A stretch of DNA of 64,000 bases from Escherichia coli (lineage in GTDB: Bacteria; Pseudomonadota; Gammaproteobacteria; Enterobacterales; Enterobacteriaceae). The stretch is taken from assembly GCF_965641715.1 (NCBI RefSeq), contig NZ_OZ282453.1; one strand, written 5' to 3'. Every line of letters starts with the position of its first letter. Position 1 is the first letter of the stretch. The notes below the pieces were generated by a model. It was not told where the DNA came from. It was given only the letters and a program-made list of their open reading frames with translations, and did not search any database. Below are positions 34,034 to 43,445 of this stretch, piece by piece. The position numbers and the translations under genes were made by a program.

Positions 34034-34831
34034 TCAATGAACGGTATCGAGCAGCTTTAACAGCTCAGGGAATCGGGATTCGAAGAAATGCGGCTGCGTC
34101 TCGCGCGGATTTGCGGGACTGGTGATATTCTTGCCGAACATGCAGCCTTTCGCTGTCAGCGACCAGAATTTTTTGATGTTGTTAATCGCGGTACGGCTGT
34201 ATCGTTCGCGCTGCTCGACGATCCCCAGCTTCACCATCTGGTGATATGCCTGATTAGCTGTCAGGCGGATACCATACTGCTTCAGCAGTGCACTCAGTGA
34301 CAGCGTGGGGCGGCTTGAGCCATCAGGCGCGTCAGCAGGAGCATCAATGGCATAGCGCGGTGCCAGATTCGGTAAGCCAACAGCCTCCTGAAGCTTCTGA
34401 CAGGCTCCAAGCACTGATGAGTTAGACAGGTTTAATTCCCGGCGCATAAAGTCCAGCAGGATCACACCAGCCTGCATCTTGTCAGCAGCCTGTCCGGATA
34501 ATTTTTCCGGTGCGCTGGTTACCATGTCGAAAGTACGGATCACCTTCAGATGGAATGACGGGCTGATCCACATTGCATAGGCATACACCAGTTCTTTGCA
34601 GACATACGTCCCCTGGTTATTTCCGCCACGAATAACGTTAACTGGCTCTATATTGACCGAGTTGCAAATCTGCAACTCGCTTATTAAACGCTCAGTTTGC
34701 TCATTGCGGAGCCAGAATGCAGGCTTATGCTTATCCAGAGAACCAGCAGCCCTGTGCAGATCGTTCAGGCTGTAACGCCCATAAGCATCACGACGAACTT
34801 CAATACCATCAATAACCATCAGATTATTCAT
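34034..34831 (-). CDS. KilA-N domain protein
   Basis: N-terminal MNNLMVIDGIEVRRDAYGRYSLNDLHRAAG... KilA-N-like. Confidence 0.5.
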   Translation of the reverse strand: MNNLMVIDGIEVRRDAYGRYSLNDLHRAAGSLDKHKPAFWLRNEQTERLISELQICNSVNIEPVNVIRGGNNQGTYVCKELVYAYAMWISPSFHLKVIRTFDMVTSAPEKLSGQAADKMQAGVILLDFMRRELNLSNSSVLGACQKLQEAVGLPNLAPRYAIDAPADAPDGSSRPTLSLSALLKQYGIRLTANQAYHQMVKLGIVEQRERYSRTAINNIKKFWSLTAKGCMFGKNITSPANPRETQPHFFESRFPELLKLLDTVH

Positions 34832-34850
34832 ACTTCGTTTCTCCTCTTAA

Positions 34851-35240
34851 TCAGGCGGCTGCACCCGCCGGTTTCTCATACTTACTGATAGTGATCTCGA
34901 CCTTCCCTTTCGGGATAACCGGTCCCCACTCCACCAGCATTCTTTTCACCTGTCTGTCGTCTTCCCACACACCCGCGTGGGTCAGGGCGTCAAACAGCGC
35001 CTTGTTATAGTTGTCCAGATCGCGGATCCGGTTATCCGGAGGAAACAACACGATCTCCACTGAAGCAGGTGCCGACGTTGGTTTCGGCAGACGACGTAAC
35101 TGCTCAACTATTGCTGCGCATGCCGCGCTCTGGAATTTGCGCCCCGCTGCGCTTATCAGACTCTTACCAGCAAACGCCCCTTTGTTGGGGTGTCGCCAGT
35201 ACGTGTTCACGCTGGGCGGGAAAGGCAGGATCAGCTTCAT
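34851..35240 (-). CDS. rusA: Holliday junction resolvase RusA
   Basis: 129 aa starting MKLILPFPPSVNTYWRH with conserved acidic residues (DLDNYNKALFDAL). Confidence 0.9.
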   Translation of the reverse strand: MKLILPFPPSVNTYWRHPNKGAFAGKSLISAAGRKFQSAACAAIVEQLRRLPKPTSAPASVEIVLFPPDNRIRDLDNYNKALFDALTHAGVWEDDRQVKRMLVEWGPVIPKGKVEITISKYEKPAGAAA

Positions 35241-35563
35241 ACTTTCAGGCCCCTCTCATGTAACCAGTGGGCTGCACGCAGTCTGGCGTTTTCCTCACCG
35301 GCAAGCAGTGCGCGGATAATCCCGGCTGCCTCGCTGTCGTCGTCCTTCACTGTGGTATGAAGCGTGATACCCCGGGCCACGCCACGCTTTATCGTGATGA
35401 CGCCTTTTTTCTCCAGTGCGCGAAGATGCTCCACCGCTGCATTCACCGAACGGTATCCCAGCATGGCTGCCACCTCCTGATTGGTTGGCGGGAAACCACG
35501 TTCTTTCTGATAAGAAATCAGCATATCCAGCACCTGCTGCTGGCATTGAGTTAACGTCGTCAT
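35237..35563 (-). CDS. LexA-type winged-helix DNA-binding protein
   Basis: LTQCQQQVLDMLISYQKERGFPPTNQEVAAMLGYRSVNAAVEHLRALEKKGVI resembles the LexA N-terminal domain. Confidence 0.6.
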   Translation of the reverse strand: MTTLTQCQQQVLDMLISYQKERGFPPTNQEVAAMLGYRSVNAAVEHLRALEKKGVITIKRGVARGITLHTTVKDDDSEAAGIIRALLAGEENARLRAAHWLHERGLKV

Positions 35564-36057
35564 TAAGCCCCCACGTAATTCCCTGACAGATACCACTCAT
35601 CACCCGATACAGCGCGCTTGCTGCTTTTCCGTAAACACTGCTCACGACGCGCCAGAAAATTGTTTCGTTCTGGCTGGGAGTGGCTTTCACGGAATGCCGC
35701 CATCCACACCGTTGCAGCACGACGGTATAAGCCCCTGGACTCCAGTTCTTCAGCCTGGCGGGTCAGGCACAAAATCACACGGGGATCGTTAGTGCCGACA
35801 TAGAAATTGCGCACAGGTCTGGTTTCACGAACAGATTGTGGTTCCGGCTCCTGCGCTCTCTCAGTCAGGCGCGGGAAATGTCTGCGTGTATCTCCTTCAC
35901 AACGGTGAGCCACACGCCCACTCTGACGTAACTTGCTTGCTGACTGCAGAACGCGCTGCCGTGAGTAACCAGCAAAAGCATCCGCAATGTCTCCGGAAGT
36001 ACACCCCGGATGGGCTTCAATGAATTTCTGAACTTCATTCAAAAGACTCATAATCAC
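35563..36057 (-). CDS. PerC/ANR-like transcriptional regulator
   Basis: C-terminal QAEELESRGLYRRAATVWMAAF motif, PerC-like. Confidence 0.45.
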   Translation of the reverse strand: MIMSLLNEVQKFIEAHPGCTSGDIADAFAGYSRQRVLQSASKLRQSGRVAHRCEGDTRRHFPRLTERAQEPEPQSVRETRPVRNFYVGTNDPRVILCLTRQAEELESRGLYRRAATVWMAAFRESHSQPERNNFLARREQCLRKSSKRAVSGDEWYLSGNYVGA

Positions 36058-36872
36058 CCCCTGAATCCTGCCGGGATCTGGCTGTAGTCCACGTTGTCGT
36101 AACTGGCTTTGAAGTACGGGTCCTCGCGTCTGGCTGCAGATACCGCAGGAACTTCCCAGGATTCTTCGAAATGACGATCCGGACCAAAGAACGTGACAGC
36201 CTGTTTCACAAATTGTGTGCCGCTGTTACCCATCGCAGATACCCAGCCCGCGTAGCGTTTCACACCTTCCAGCATGGTTTCGGGGTTTACCCCCTCATTC
36301 AAACGGGCTTTCCAGGCTTTGAAGGCTGCAGATTTTGAATTACCACCAGCACGTTTGGGATATGCCAGCCATGCCTGCTCAAACTCCGGAGAGTATTCCG
36401 GCCGGTTTGAACGAACTCGCACGGACTCATCAACTGATGCACCAACAGCTATTGGTTCATTGACTGGTTCTTTGACTGGTTCAAAAGAGTGACTGGTTCT
36501 GGGTGAATCTCCTGCACTACCCCCTGGTGCAACTCCTGCACTACCTGGTGAATTTGCTGCACCAGATAGTGAATTATTTGCACTACCCCCTAGTGAATCT
36601 CCTGCACCATCCAGATGAAGGAGATAGATATTACTTGAGTTACCTTTTTCACCTTTCCGGGTGACTTTTTTTACCAGCCCGGACTCACAAAGGGCCGCAA
36701 TATGATTCATCACAGAACGTTTGCTAATCTCGCACTGGTCAGCAATATGCTGGTAGCTGGGCCAGCACTCACCCTGATCGCTGGCATTATCAGCCAGCTT
36801 GATCAGAACCAGTTTTCGCAATGGATTACCCACTCGAATTTTCATCGCTTTAACCATCAGCTCCATACTCAT
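36054..36872 (-). CDS. Phage replication protein (N-terminal HTH, C-terminal DnaT-like domain)
   Basis: N-terminal HTH (SYQHIADQCEISKRSVMNHIAAL); C-terminus ends DYSQIPAGFRG, like host DnaT (QIPPGFRG) at 57453. Confidence 0.7.
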   Translation of the reverse strand: MSMELMVKAMKIRVGNPLRKLVLIKLADNASDQGECWPSYQHIADQCEISKRSVMNHIAALCESGLVKKVTRKGEKGNSSNIYLLHLDGAGDSLGGSANNSLSGAANSPGSAGVAPGGSAGDSPRTSHSFEPVKEPVNEPIAVGASVDESVRVRSNRPEYSPEFEQAWLAYPKRAGGNSKSAAFKAWKARLNEGVNPETMLEGVKRYAGWVSAMGNSGTQFVKQAVTFFGPDRHFEESWEVPAVSAARREDPYFKASYDNVDYSQIPAGFRG

Positions 36873-37105
36873 GCTGCACCTCCGAGATGCTTCATGTTTT
36901 TTCCGGAGCGAAAGGTTATAAGCGGCATACTGACGCGGTAATTACGGCCCAGCGGTTCACAAATCACCTTCTGACATTCACGGTCCACCAGGCTAACACG
37001 TAGAACATGCCCTGCGGGCGTGGTGTACCACTGACCAACGGTAGGAATTGATGTTTTTTTACGCTGAAGCAAACGGCAAATATTGAGGATCAACGGATTA
37101 AGCAT
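36869..37105 (-). CDS. Hypothetical protein
   Basis: 78-aa ORF translationally coupled (ATGA overlaps) within the early-right operon. Confidence 0.4.
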   Translation of the reverse strand: MLNPLILNICRLLQRKKTSIPTVGQWYTTPAGHVLRVSLVDRECQKVICEPLGRNYRVSMPLITFRSGKNMKHLGGAA

Positions 37106-37934
37106 GACGATGCCCTCCGCTGATATTCAGGAAACGGTGAATATGAAGATTAGCCTTATCCGCCAGACGAATACGTTCAGCCTGCAAGTTAAGAAGGGTT
37201 TCTACCAGAACCTGATGCGCCTGCGGATCCGAAAGAGTTACCTTGCGCAGAGCACGTAGTGCAGTTGTTACATAGCTGAGTTTATGTAAGTCTTCATCAT
37301 TCAGACGAGTGAGGGCTGGGACAGTAGCCATGATGGCAGCCTCCGTATGCAATGGATAACTTCCACCACCGGAAACGCCAATTTCGCTGGTGGTGAACTG
37401 AGCAGGGTTGGCGTAACCGGCGCATACGGAAACCGGCGCACCTTTCGGTGCCCCCACCCAGCCCACCATAATTTGGGTATAGCTGAGTTGTAGCAACAAA
37501 AAAGACGCTAACGCGCCAATTGTCGCCGTATGCAATTCCAGGACGCCAATCCCGGCACCCGCTTTATAAGGTGCCTGAACAGTGTAACGTCCCGGAATGG
37601 CAGAATCAATGTGCTGGTGGTCCTTCACACTCAACAAAATCACGCCTGAATTTCCACAAAGGGCTAAAGCACTCATGCGGGTAGTCTTTGCGAAGATAGA
37701 TAACGCGCTGTGTTTCTGGTTCCCAACGAATAACATGGACATAAAGCCCTCTTCCGTCACGAAACCAGCGGTTAAGTTCCCGCACAACTCGCCCCCCACA
37801 GTCAGGTAAAGTTCTCTGTGGTTACTTACAGCCAGGTGATTTGGTAATCTGCATTCATGCCGTAACAACAGGTGTTCAGCGACACTGACCACCAGCTGTT
37901 GCGACAAACGGTTATTTGCCGTTAAACTGTTCAT
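37098..37934 (-). CDS. Hypothetical early-right operon protein (YdaU-like by position and size only)
   Basis: 278-aa ORF coupled to flanking genes; no motif recognised. Confidence 0.5.
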   Translation of the reverse strand: MNSLTANNRLSQQLVVSVAEHLLLRHECRLPNHLAVSNHRELYLTVGGELCGNLTAGFVTEEGFMSMLFVGNQKHSALSIFAKTTRMSALALCGNSGVILLSVKDHQHIDSAIPGRYTVQAPYKAGAGIGVLELHTATIGALASFLLLQLSYTQIMVGWVGAPKGAPVSVCAGYANPAQFTTSEIGVSGGGSYPLHTEAAIMATVPALTRLNDEDLHKLSYVTTALRALRKVTLSDPQAHQVLVETLLNLQAERIRLADKANLHIHRFLNISGGHRHA

Positions 37935-38494
37935 GCGTTAGTTTCTCCACAGACACAAAACGCCACGACGCCCGGAGCTGCACACTCGCGGGCGTCACTC
38001 TTTTCTGGAGCGCAAAAGATTTTGTAGACCAGTGCTGCATGCTCTTGGAGCTTCGAAATTGACAGATACAACTCATCATTAATTGCTGTCTGCTCGTGTG
38101 GCTCCACGACCCCATCTTCGATTGCCGAACGAATCTGCTTTGAGTAATTCCCGATCTGTTCGATGACTTCCAGCAGGCGCTGGTTTATATCGGCGTTCTC
38201 TACTTCCTCAATTTCAGGAAGCGATACGAACACCCCACCAGCAGACTGTGCGACAGCATCCGCAATGTAGTGAGTGCCAGCCGCGCGCTGTAAAACCATT
38301 GCCCATCCCAGCGGGAAAATCTGATCGCCATCGGCACGAAGGCGGTTAAATAATGCGTTCTCTGTTACATCCAGCCAGTCAGCTGCTTCAGCGTAACCAC
38401 CCGGCAACGCTGCGATAGTTTTTCTGACAGCTTTCACGTACCACTCAGGCTGTTTTTCTACTTTCCAGTGATACTTACCCACGGTTAGCCTCAT
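37931..38494 (-). CDS. Hypothetical regulator (CII/YdaT-like by position)
   Basis: 187-aa ORF 32 bp downstream of the cro-like gene. Confidence 0.45.
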   Translation of the reverse strand: MRLTVGKYHWKVEKQPEWYVKAVRKTIAALPGGYAEAADWLDVTENALFNRLRADGDQIFPLGWAMVLQRAAGTHYIADAVAQSAGGVFVSLPEIEEVENADINQRLLEVIEQIGNYSKQIRSAIEDGVVEPHEQTAINDELYLSISKLQEHAALVYKIFCAPEKSDARECAAPGVVAFCVCGETNA

Positions 38495-38525
38495 CGTTCT
38501 GTGGTTAAAAATTGAAGGTGTTCTG

Positions 38526-38726
38526 TTAATCTTTCGGATAGATATCCGGCCTTAAGTCAGATTTCGTAATTGCACCTGACGTGCATTGCTCAAGTTTTTT
38601 CGCCAGCACAAAACTGGCTTTTTTATAACCATTGAAAACCAGCCGTAAGTAGCCAGGTGTTGAGCCAACTTTTCCGGCCAACTCGCCCTGCTGTTCTTTG
38701 GTTAAAGAGTCCCAATACGCTTTCAT
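38526..38726 (-). CDS. Cro/YdaS-like HTH regulator
   Basis: 67 aa starting MKAYWDSLTKEQQGELAGKVGSTPGYLRLVFNG; GGAGG RBS; divergent from cI. Confidence 0.75.
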   Translation of the reverse strand: MKAYWDSLTKEQQGELAGKVGSTPGYLRLVFNGYKKASFVLAKKLEQCTSGAITKSDLRPDIYPKD

Positions 38727-38729
38727 ACA

Positions 38730-38800
38730 ATATGTACCTCCGATATACATATTACATGATTGAAATGAACCTTCAAGATACTTGTACCTTATCGGTACAA
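38730..38800. promoter_or_regulatory. Immunity switch operator/promoter region with two palindromes (ATATGTA-N9-TACATAT; TTGTACC-N5-GGTACAA)
   Basis: Inverted repeats read directly between divergent cro-like and cI starts. Confidence 0.6.
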
Positions 38801-38816
38801 AGGTTTTAATTTCGTT

Positions 38817-39491
38817 ATGAAAACAATCCATGACATCCGGCGGTCTAACGCCAGAAAACTGAGAGATGGTGTTGGCGGGAATTCTTCCTTTGCCACCATG
38901 ATTGATCGCGAGCCAACCCAGACCAGCAGGTTTATGGGAGATGGTGCTACTAAAAATATCGGTGACAGCATGGCGCGGCACATCGAAAAATGTTTCGACC
39001 TGCCTGTCGGATGGCTTGATCAAGAACACCAGACCACGAACATCACAAAAAAACCTGATGTTTCAATCACTAACAAACAAATAACGTTAGTCCCTGTCAT
39101 ATCATGGGTACAGGCCGGAGCATGGAAAGAAGTTGGCTATTCTGAGGTTGATTTGAGCACAGCAGAAACTTACCCCTGCCCTGTACCCTGTGGCGAAATG
39201 ACTTATATCTTGCGGGTGATTGGTGATTCAATGATTGATGAGTACCGCCCTGGAGACATGATTTTTGTTGATCCCGAAGTCCCTGCCTGCCACGGTGACG
39301 ACGTTATTGCATTGATGCACGATACAGGCGAAACCACCTTCAAGCGATTGATAGAAGATGGAACACAGCGTTATCTCAAAGCATTAAACCCAAACTGGCC
39401 TGAGCCTTACATTAAGATTAACGGTAATTGCTCTATAATTGGTACAGTGATTTTCTCGGGAAAACCAAGAAGATACACAATAAAGGCCTAA
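38817..39491 (+). CDS. cI: CI-like repressor (HTH + S24 LexA-type autopeptidase domain)
   Basis: N-terminal HTH, C-terminal GDSM serine motif and downstream Lys; divergent from cro-like gene. Confidence 0.85.
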   Translation: MKTIHDIRRSNARKLRDGVGGNSSFATMIDREPTQTSRFMGDGATKNIGDSMARHIEKCFDLPVGWLDQEHQTTNITKKPDVSITNKQITLVPVISWVQAGAWKEVGYSEVDLSTAETYPCPVPCGEMTYILRVIGDSMIDEYRPGDMIFVDPEVPACHGDDVIALMHDTGETTFKRLIEDGTQRYLKALNPNWPEPYIKINGNCSIIGTVIFSGKPRRYTIKA

Positions 39492-39503
39492 TCAATATTT
39501 ATG

Positions 39504-39527
39504 AACCTGCTTCGGCAGGTTTTTTTA
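39504..39527 (+). terminator. Rho-independent terminator after cI
   Basis: CCTGCTTCGGCAGG hairpin followed by TTTTTTT. Confidence 0.7.
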
Positions 39528-39530
39528 TAC

Positions 39531-39558
39531 TTGACAATGTACCCATGGGATACATAAT
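39531..39558 (+). promoter_or_regulatory. PL-like sigma70 promoter (TTGACA-16-CATAAT) with overlapping operator-like palindrome ATGTACCCATGGGATACAT
   Basis: Consensus -35 and near-consensus -10 read directly; the palindrome shares the TGTAC half-site with the cI/cro operators. Confidence 0.55.
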
Positions 39559-39978
39559 GTATCCAAAAGAAACATGAGGCAGGCAAGATTCAAACAAAAT
39601 TTGGTTGTAACACGGCGTATGGCACATGCGTCGTTAGCGGTCTGGGGACGTTAAAGGGGACAATCCACTTCTTGCTCGGGCAAACAAACCAGGTAGCCGG
39701 AATGTGCAAGTCAATGATGATGCTGATAAGACGCCTAACCAGCGTGGCGATCCGGTTTGACGCCTGGGAAGAGACCAGGGTGCAACGATGAGGGCATTTA
39801 TAGAGCCGCGACAAAGTGTGGTGCCGTAACTGGCTAAGTGCTCTCAGCGTTGTGGTAATCCGCGAAATGGCGCGGCGGTAAGTATGGCGGGGTTACTCTT
39901 TCCCCGTTGAGGACACCGGATTGTCAGGTTGACCATACGCCTGAGTGACAACCCCACCACAACAGCCACTGCTTTGGC

Positions 39979-40022
39979 GGTACCAGTTTGTACACTTGCT
40001 TCCGGCTGGTACCGCTCTTTTT
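39979..40022 (+). terminator. Terminator-like hairpin in the early-left leader (GGTACCAG...CTGGTACC + T-run)
   Basis: 8-bp perfect stem followed by GCTCTTTTT. Confidence 0.45.
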
Positions 40023-40159
40023 ACAAAACAGAGAAGAGCATCACCGGACGACGGGCTCATAACCCAATCCATCCGGGCGGCTGCCACCGCAGGTGTTCTT
40101 CTCTGTTTTGTGGAGAAACCAACCGACCTTGCAGGGTCGATATGATGAGGAGCAGCAAA

Positions 40160-40522
40160 ATGGCTAGCGAACGCAGTACTGATGTGCAGGCATTTATCGG
40201 GGAGCTGGACGGCGGCGTATTTGAAACCAAAATCGGCGCAGTTCTCAGTGAAGTCGCTTCCGGTGTGATGAACACGAAAACCAAAGGTAAGGTCTCACTC
40301 AACCTGGAAATCGAACCATTTGATGAGAACCGTGTGAAAATCAAACACAAACTCTCATATGTTCGCCCGACTAACCGCGGGAAAATTTCCGAAGAAGACA
40401 CCACCGAAACGCCGATGTATGTCAATCGCGGTGGTCGCCTGACTATTCTGCAGGAAGACCAGGGACAATTACTGACTCTTGCCGGTGAACCTGACGGAAA
40501 ACTCCGCGCAGCAGGTCATTAA
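40160..40522 (+). CDS. Hypothetical early-left protein (first gene of the PL-like operon)
   Basis: 120-aa ORF starting MASERSTDVQAFIGELDGG, preceded by AGGAG. Confidence 0.55.
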   Translation: MASERSTDVQAFIGELDGGVFETKIGAVLSEVASGVMNTKTKGKVSLNLEIEPFDENRVKIKHKLSYVRPTNRGKISEEDTTETPMYVNRGGRLTILQEDQGQLLTLAGEPDGKLRAAGH

Positions 40523-40587
40523 TATCGTTCTTAATTAACTGATTATTTATCTCATCACTGAATATCTTTATATAGTGAGGACTTATT

Positions 40588-41412
40588 ATGTCTCAGAACT
40601 TAGACGCAACCGCAATTAATCAAATCCATGCCCTTATTTCTGCTCAGGGTGTTAATGAAATTATCAGTAATATTGGTGCCGATGCTGTGGCATTGCCTGA
40701 GAATTTCCGCATTCATGATCTGGAAAAATTTAATTTAAATCGCTTCCGTTTCCGTGGTGCGCTTTCCACTGCCAGCATCGATGACTTTACCCGTTATTCT
40801 AAAGATCTTGCAGATGAAGGCACCCGCTGCTTTATCGATGCTGATAATATGCGTGCCGTCAGTGTACTTAACCTGGGTACTATTGATGAACCAGGTCACG
40901 CAGATAACACCGCCACTCTCAAACTGAAAAAGACAGCACCGTTCTCTGCCCTGTTGTCTGTTAACGGCGAGCGTAACTCCCAGAAGTCACTGGCAGAATG
41001 GATTGAAGACTGGGCCGACTACCTTGTGGGCTTTGATGCTAATGGTGACGCTATTCAGGCAACAAAAGCGGCTGCGGCAGTCCGTAAAATCACGATTGAA
41101 GCAAACCAGACCGCTGATTTTGAAGATAATGACTTCAGCGGCAAACGCTCCCTGATGGAGTCTGTCGAAGCGAAGACCAAAGACATTATGCCAGTGGCAT
41201 TTGAATTTAAATGCGTTCCGTTTGAAGGTCTGAAAGAACGTCCGTTTAAATTACGCCTCAGCATTATCACTGGCGATCGTCCTGTACTGGTTCTGCGCAT
41301 TATTCAGCTGGAGGCGGTGCAGGAAGAAATGGCTAACGAATTTCGTGATCTGCTTGTTGAGAAATTCAAGGACAGCAAAGTAGAAACCTTTATTGGTACT
41401 TTCACCGCCTGA
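40588..41412 (+). CDS. YfdQ-like protein (DUF2303)
   Basis: 274 aa, same length and position as KplE1 yfdQ (recalled). Confidence 0.5.
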   Translation: MSQNLDATAINQIHALISAQGVNEIISNIGADAVALPENFRIHDLEKFNLNRFRFRGALSTASIDDFTRYSKDLADEGTRCFIDADNMRAVSVLNLGTIDEPGHADNTATLKLKKTAPFSALLSVNGERNSQKSLAEWIEDWADYLVGFDANGDAIQATKAAAAVRKITIEANQTADFEDNDFSGKRSLMESVEAKTKDIMPVAFEFKCVPFEGLKERPFKLRLSIITGDRPVLVLRIIQLEAVQEEMANEFRDLLVEKFKDSKVETFIGTFTA

Positions 41413-41539
41413 TTTCATTACTGCAAATGCCCCTGCGGGGGCATTTATGGAAACGTAATTTACTCAATAATCGCCGGATGGTGAGGGATTCTTTTTACCA
41501 GAATTCAGCGCGGTGCAGCGCATATACGTGGAGAACAAA

Positions 41540-42076
41540 ATGTCATTTATCAAAACTTTTTCTGGGAAGCATTTTTATTATGACAGGATAAATAAAGACG
41601 ACATCGATATTAACGATATCGCGGTTTCCCTTTCAAATATCTGTCGCTTTGCCGGTCATCTTTCGCACTTCTACAGCGTCGCCCAACATGCGGTTCTTTG
41701 CAGCCAGCTGGTGCCGCAGGAATTTGCTTTTGAAGCGTTAATGCATGATGCAACAGAAGCGTATTGCCAGGACATTCCCGCACCACTGAAACGCCTTCTT
41801 CCTGACTATAAACGGATGGAAGAAAAAATAGACGCCGTAATCCGTGAGAAATACGGGTTACCCCCGGTTATGAGTACACCCGTGAAATATGCCGATCTCA
41901 TCATGCTGGCAACCGAACGCCGCGATCTCGGGCTTGATGATGGCTCTTTCTGGCCTGTACTGGAAGGCATCCCGGCAACAGAGATGTTCAACGTGATTCC
42001 ACTGGCACCGGGCCATGCCTACGGGATGTTTATGGAACGTTTTAACGATTTATCGGAGTTACGCAAATGCGCATGA
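41540..42076 (+). CDS. HD-domain 5'-deoxynucleotidase (YfdR-like)
   Basis: HD motif region (HFYSVAQHAV...MHDATEAY); 178 aa from MSFIKTF. Confidence 0.7.
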   Translation: MSFIKTFSGKHFYYDRINKDDIDINDIAVSLSNICRFAGHLSHFYSVAQHAVLCSQLVPQEFAFEALMHDATEAYCQDIPAPLKRLLPDYKRMEEKIDAVIREKYGLPPVMSTPVKYADLIMLATERRDLGLDDGSFWPVLEGIPATEMFNVIPLAPGHAYGMFMERFNDLSELRKCA

Positions 42077-42429
42077 ATGTTTTCGAAATGGAAGGGTTTC
42101 TTCGCGGGAAATGTGTACCGCGAGATCTGAAAGTGAACGAAACAAATGCTGAGTACCTGGTACGTAAATTCGACGCGCTTGAAGCTAAATGTGCGGCACT
42201 GGAAAACAAAATAATACCAGTGTCAACTGAACTGCCACCAGCAAATGAAAGTGTTCTGTTATTTGATGCTAATGGAGAAGGCTGGCTGATTGGCTGGCGT
42301 TCTCTCTGGTACACCTGGGGACAAAAAGAAACCGGAGAATGGCAGTGGACATTTCAGGTCGGGGACCTTGAAAACTTCAATATCACTCACTGGGCAGTAA
42401 TGCCCAAAGCGCCGGAGGCTGGAGCATAA
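42067..42429 (+). CDS. YfdS-like protein
   Basis: 120-aa ORF coupled to flanking genes; KplE1-like synteny. Confidence 0.5.
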   Translation: MRMNVFEMEGFLRGKCVPRDLKVNETNAEYLVRKFDALEAKCAALENKIIPVSTELPPANESVLLFDANGEGWLIGWRSLWYTWGQKETGEWQWTFQVGDLENFNITHWAVMPKAPEAGA

Positions 42430-43049
42430 TGACCACATTTACCAATAAAGAACTGATTAAAGAAATCAAAGAACGAATCAGCAGCCTAGAGGTTCGAGAC
42501 GATATTGAGCGCCGTGCTTATGAAATTGCTCTGGCATCGCTGGAAGAGGAGCCGGTGGCATGGCTGCATTCAGACAATGGCTTAGGTATTCCGGCAATAA
42601 CCAGGAGCAAAAACATTGCTGACAGTTGGTTATCAATGGGCTGGTATGTTCAGCCGCTATATATAGCCAAGCCAGTACTGGTGGTGCCAGATGCTCGTCC
42701 GTCTTTAAATAATGGCATAGTCGGTTTTGATGAAGGCTGGAACGCCTGCCGCGCCACCATGCTTCATGGTGCCAAACCTGTAAGCCAGACTTACAAGTTG
42801 AACAAGCTGCCGGGCAACTCTCCGGTAACTCAGGATGGTTGGATAAGCTGTAGTGAGCGAATGCCGAACGATAAACAGTATGTTTGGTGTTGGGGTAAGT
42901 CTTACGGCTGGACTGAGTGCGATACCTTCGAAGGGTATTACGATTGGTCGAGAAACAAATGGTGGGCAGTTACTGACGATGGGGAAGAACCGGCATCGAA
43001 AGTAACCCACTGGATGCCGCTACCGGAGCCACCGCAGGAGGTGAAGTAA
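42429..43049 (+). CDS. DUF551-domain protein (YfdT-like)
   Basis: 206 aa with Trp-rich C-terminus (WCWGKSYGWTECDTFEGYYDW). Confidence 0.5.
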   Translation: MTTFTNKELIKEIKERISSLEVRDDIERRAYEIALASLEEEPVAWLHSDNGLGIPAITRSKNIADSWLSMGWYVQPLYIAKPVLVVPDARPSLNNGIVGFDEGWNACRATMLHGAKPVSQTYKLNKLPGNSPVTQDGWISCSERMPNDKQYVWCWGKSYGWTECDTFEGYYDWSRNKWWAVTDDGEEPASKVTHWMPLPEPPQEVK

Positions 43050-43243
43050 TGAACAACTTAATGACAACTAAACAAGTCGCCGACTTCTGTGGCGTTTCAG
43101 TATCGACCGTTCTTCGCTGGAACAGCGTAAACAGGAGAACTGGCCAGAAATACAGGCCTGACTTTCCAGATCCTGATATTAAATCCTGCCCAAATAAATG
43201 GGCATCACGCAAGATATACAGGTTTGCTGGAGTTATTGAGTGA
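43049..43243 (+). CDS. AlpA/Xis-like small DNA-binding protein (putative excisionase)
   Basis: 64 aa, MTTKQVADFCGVSVSTVLRW HTH; last gene of the early-left operon. Confidence 0.6.
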   Translation: MNNLMTTKQVADFCGVSVSTVLRWNSVNRRTGQKYRPDFPDPDIKSCPNKWASRKIYRFAGVIE

Positions 43244-43277
43244 TGGGTATTAGCTCATATCAGAACTAATACCCATC
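43242..43277 (+). terminator. 12-bp perfect inverted repeat hairpin after xis (GATGGGTATTAG-N12-CTAATACCCATC)
   Basis: Read directly; no T-run follows, so it may be a terminator or a protein-binding site. Confidence 0.4.
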
Positions 43278-43445
43278 AATGACACAGAGCCAACTACCCA
43301 CCCTGTGTCAGGGGCTAACTTTTAACACCATAATTCACCGCTAGATAAAAACTGTATTGCATTGCACGAGCGGCGCAGCATTATCAGTTAGAGTGTCTTT
43401 ACCTTGTTAGGCTCCACAGTTCGCACTGTCCAACGCCTGTCACTT

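Noticed and set aside
39590-40087. Minus-strand ORFs 39590..39814 and 39893..40087 between cI and the first early-left gene
   Set aside because: Lie in the PL-like promoter/leader region with terminator hairpins; no RBS, and they oppose the operon direction
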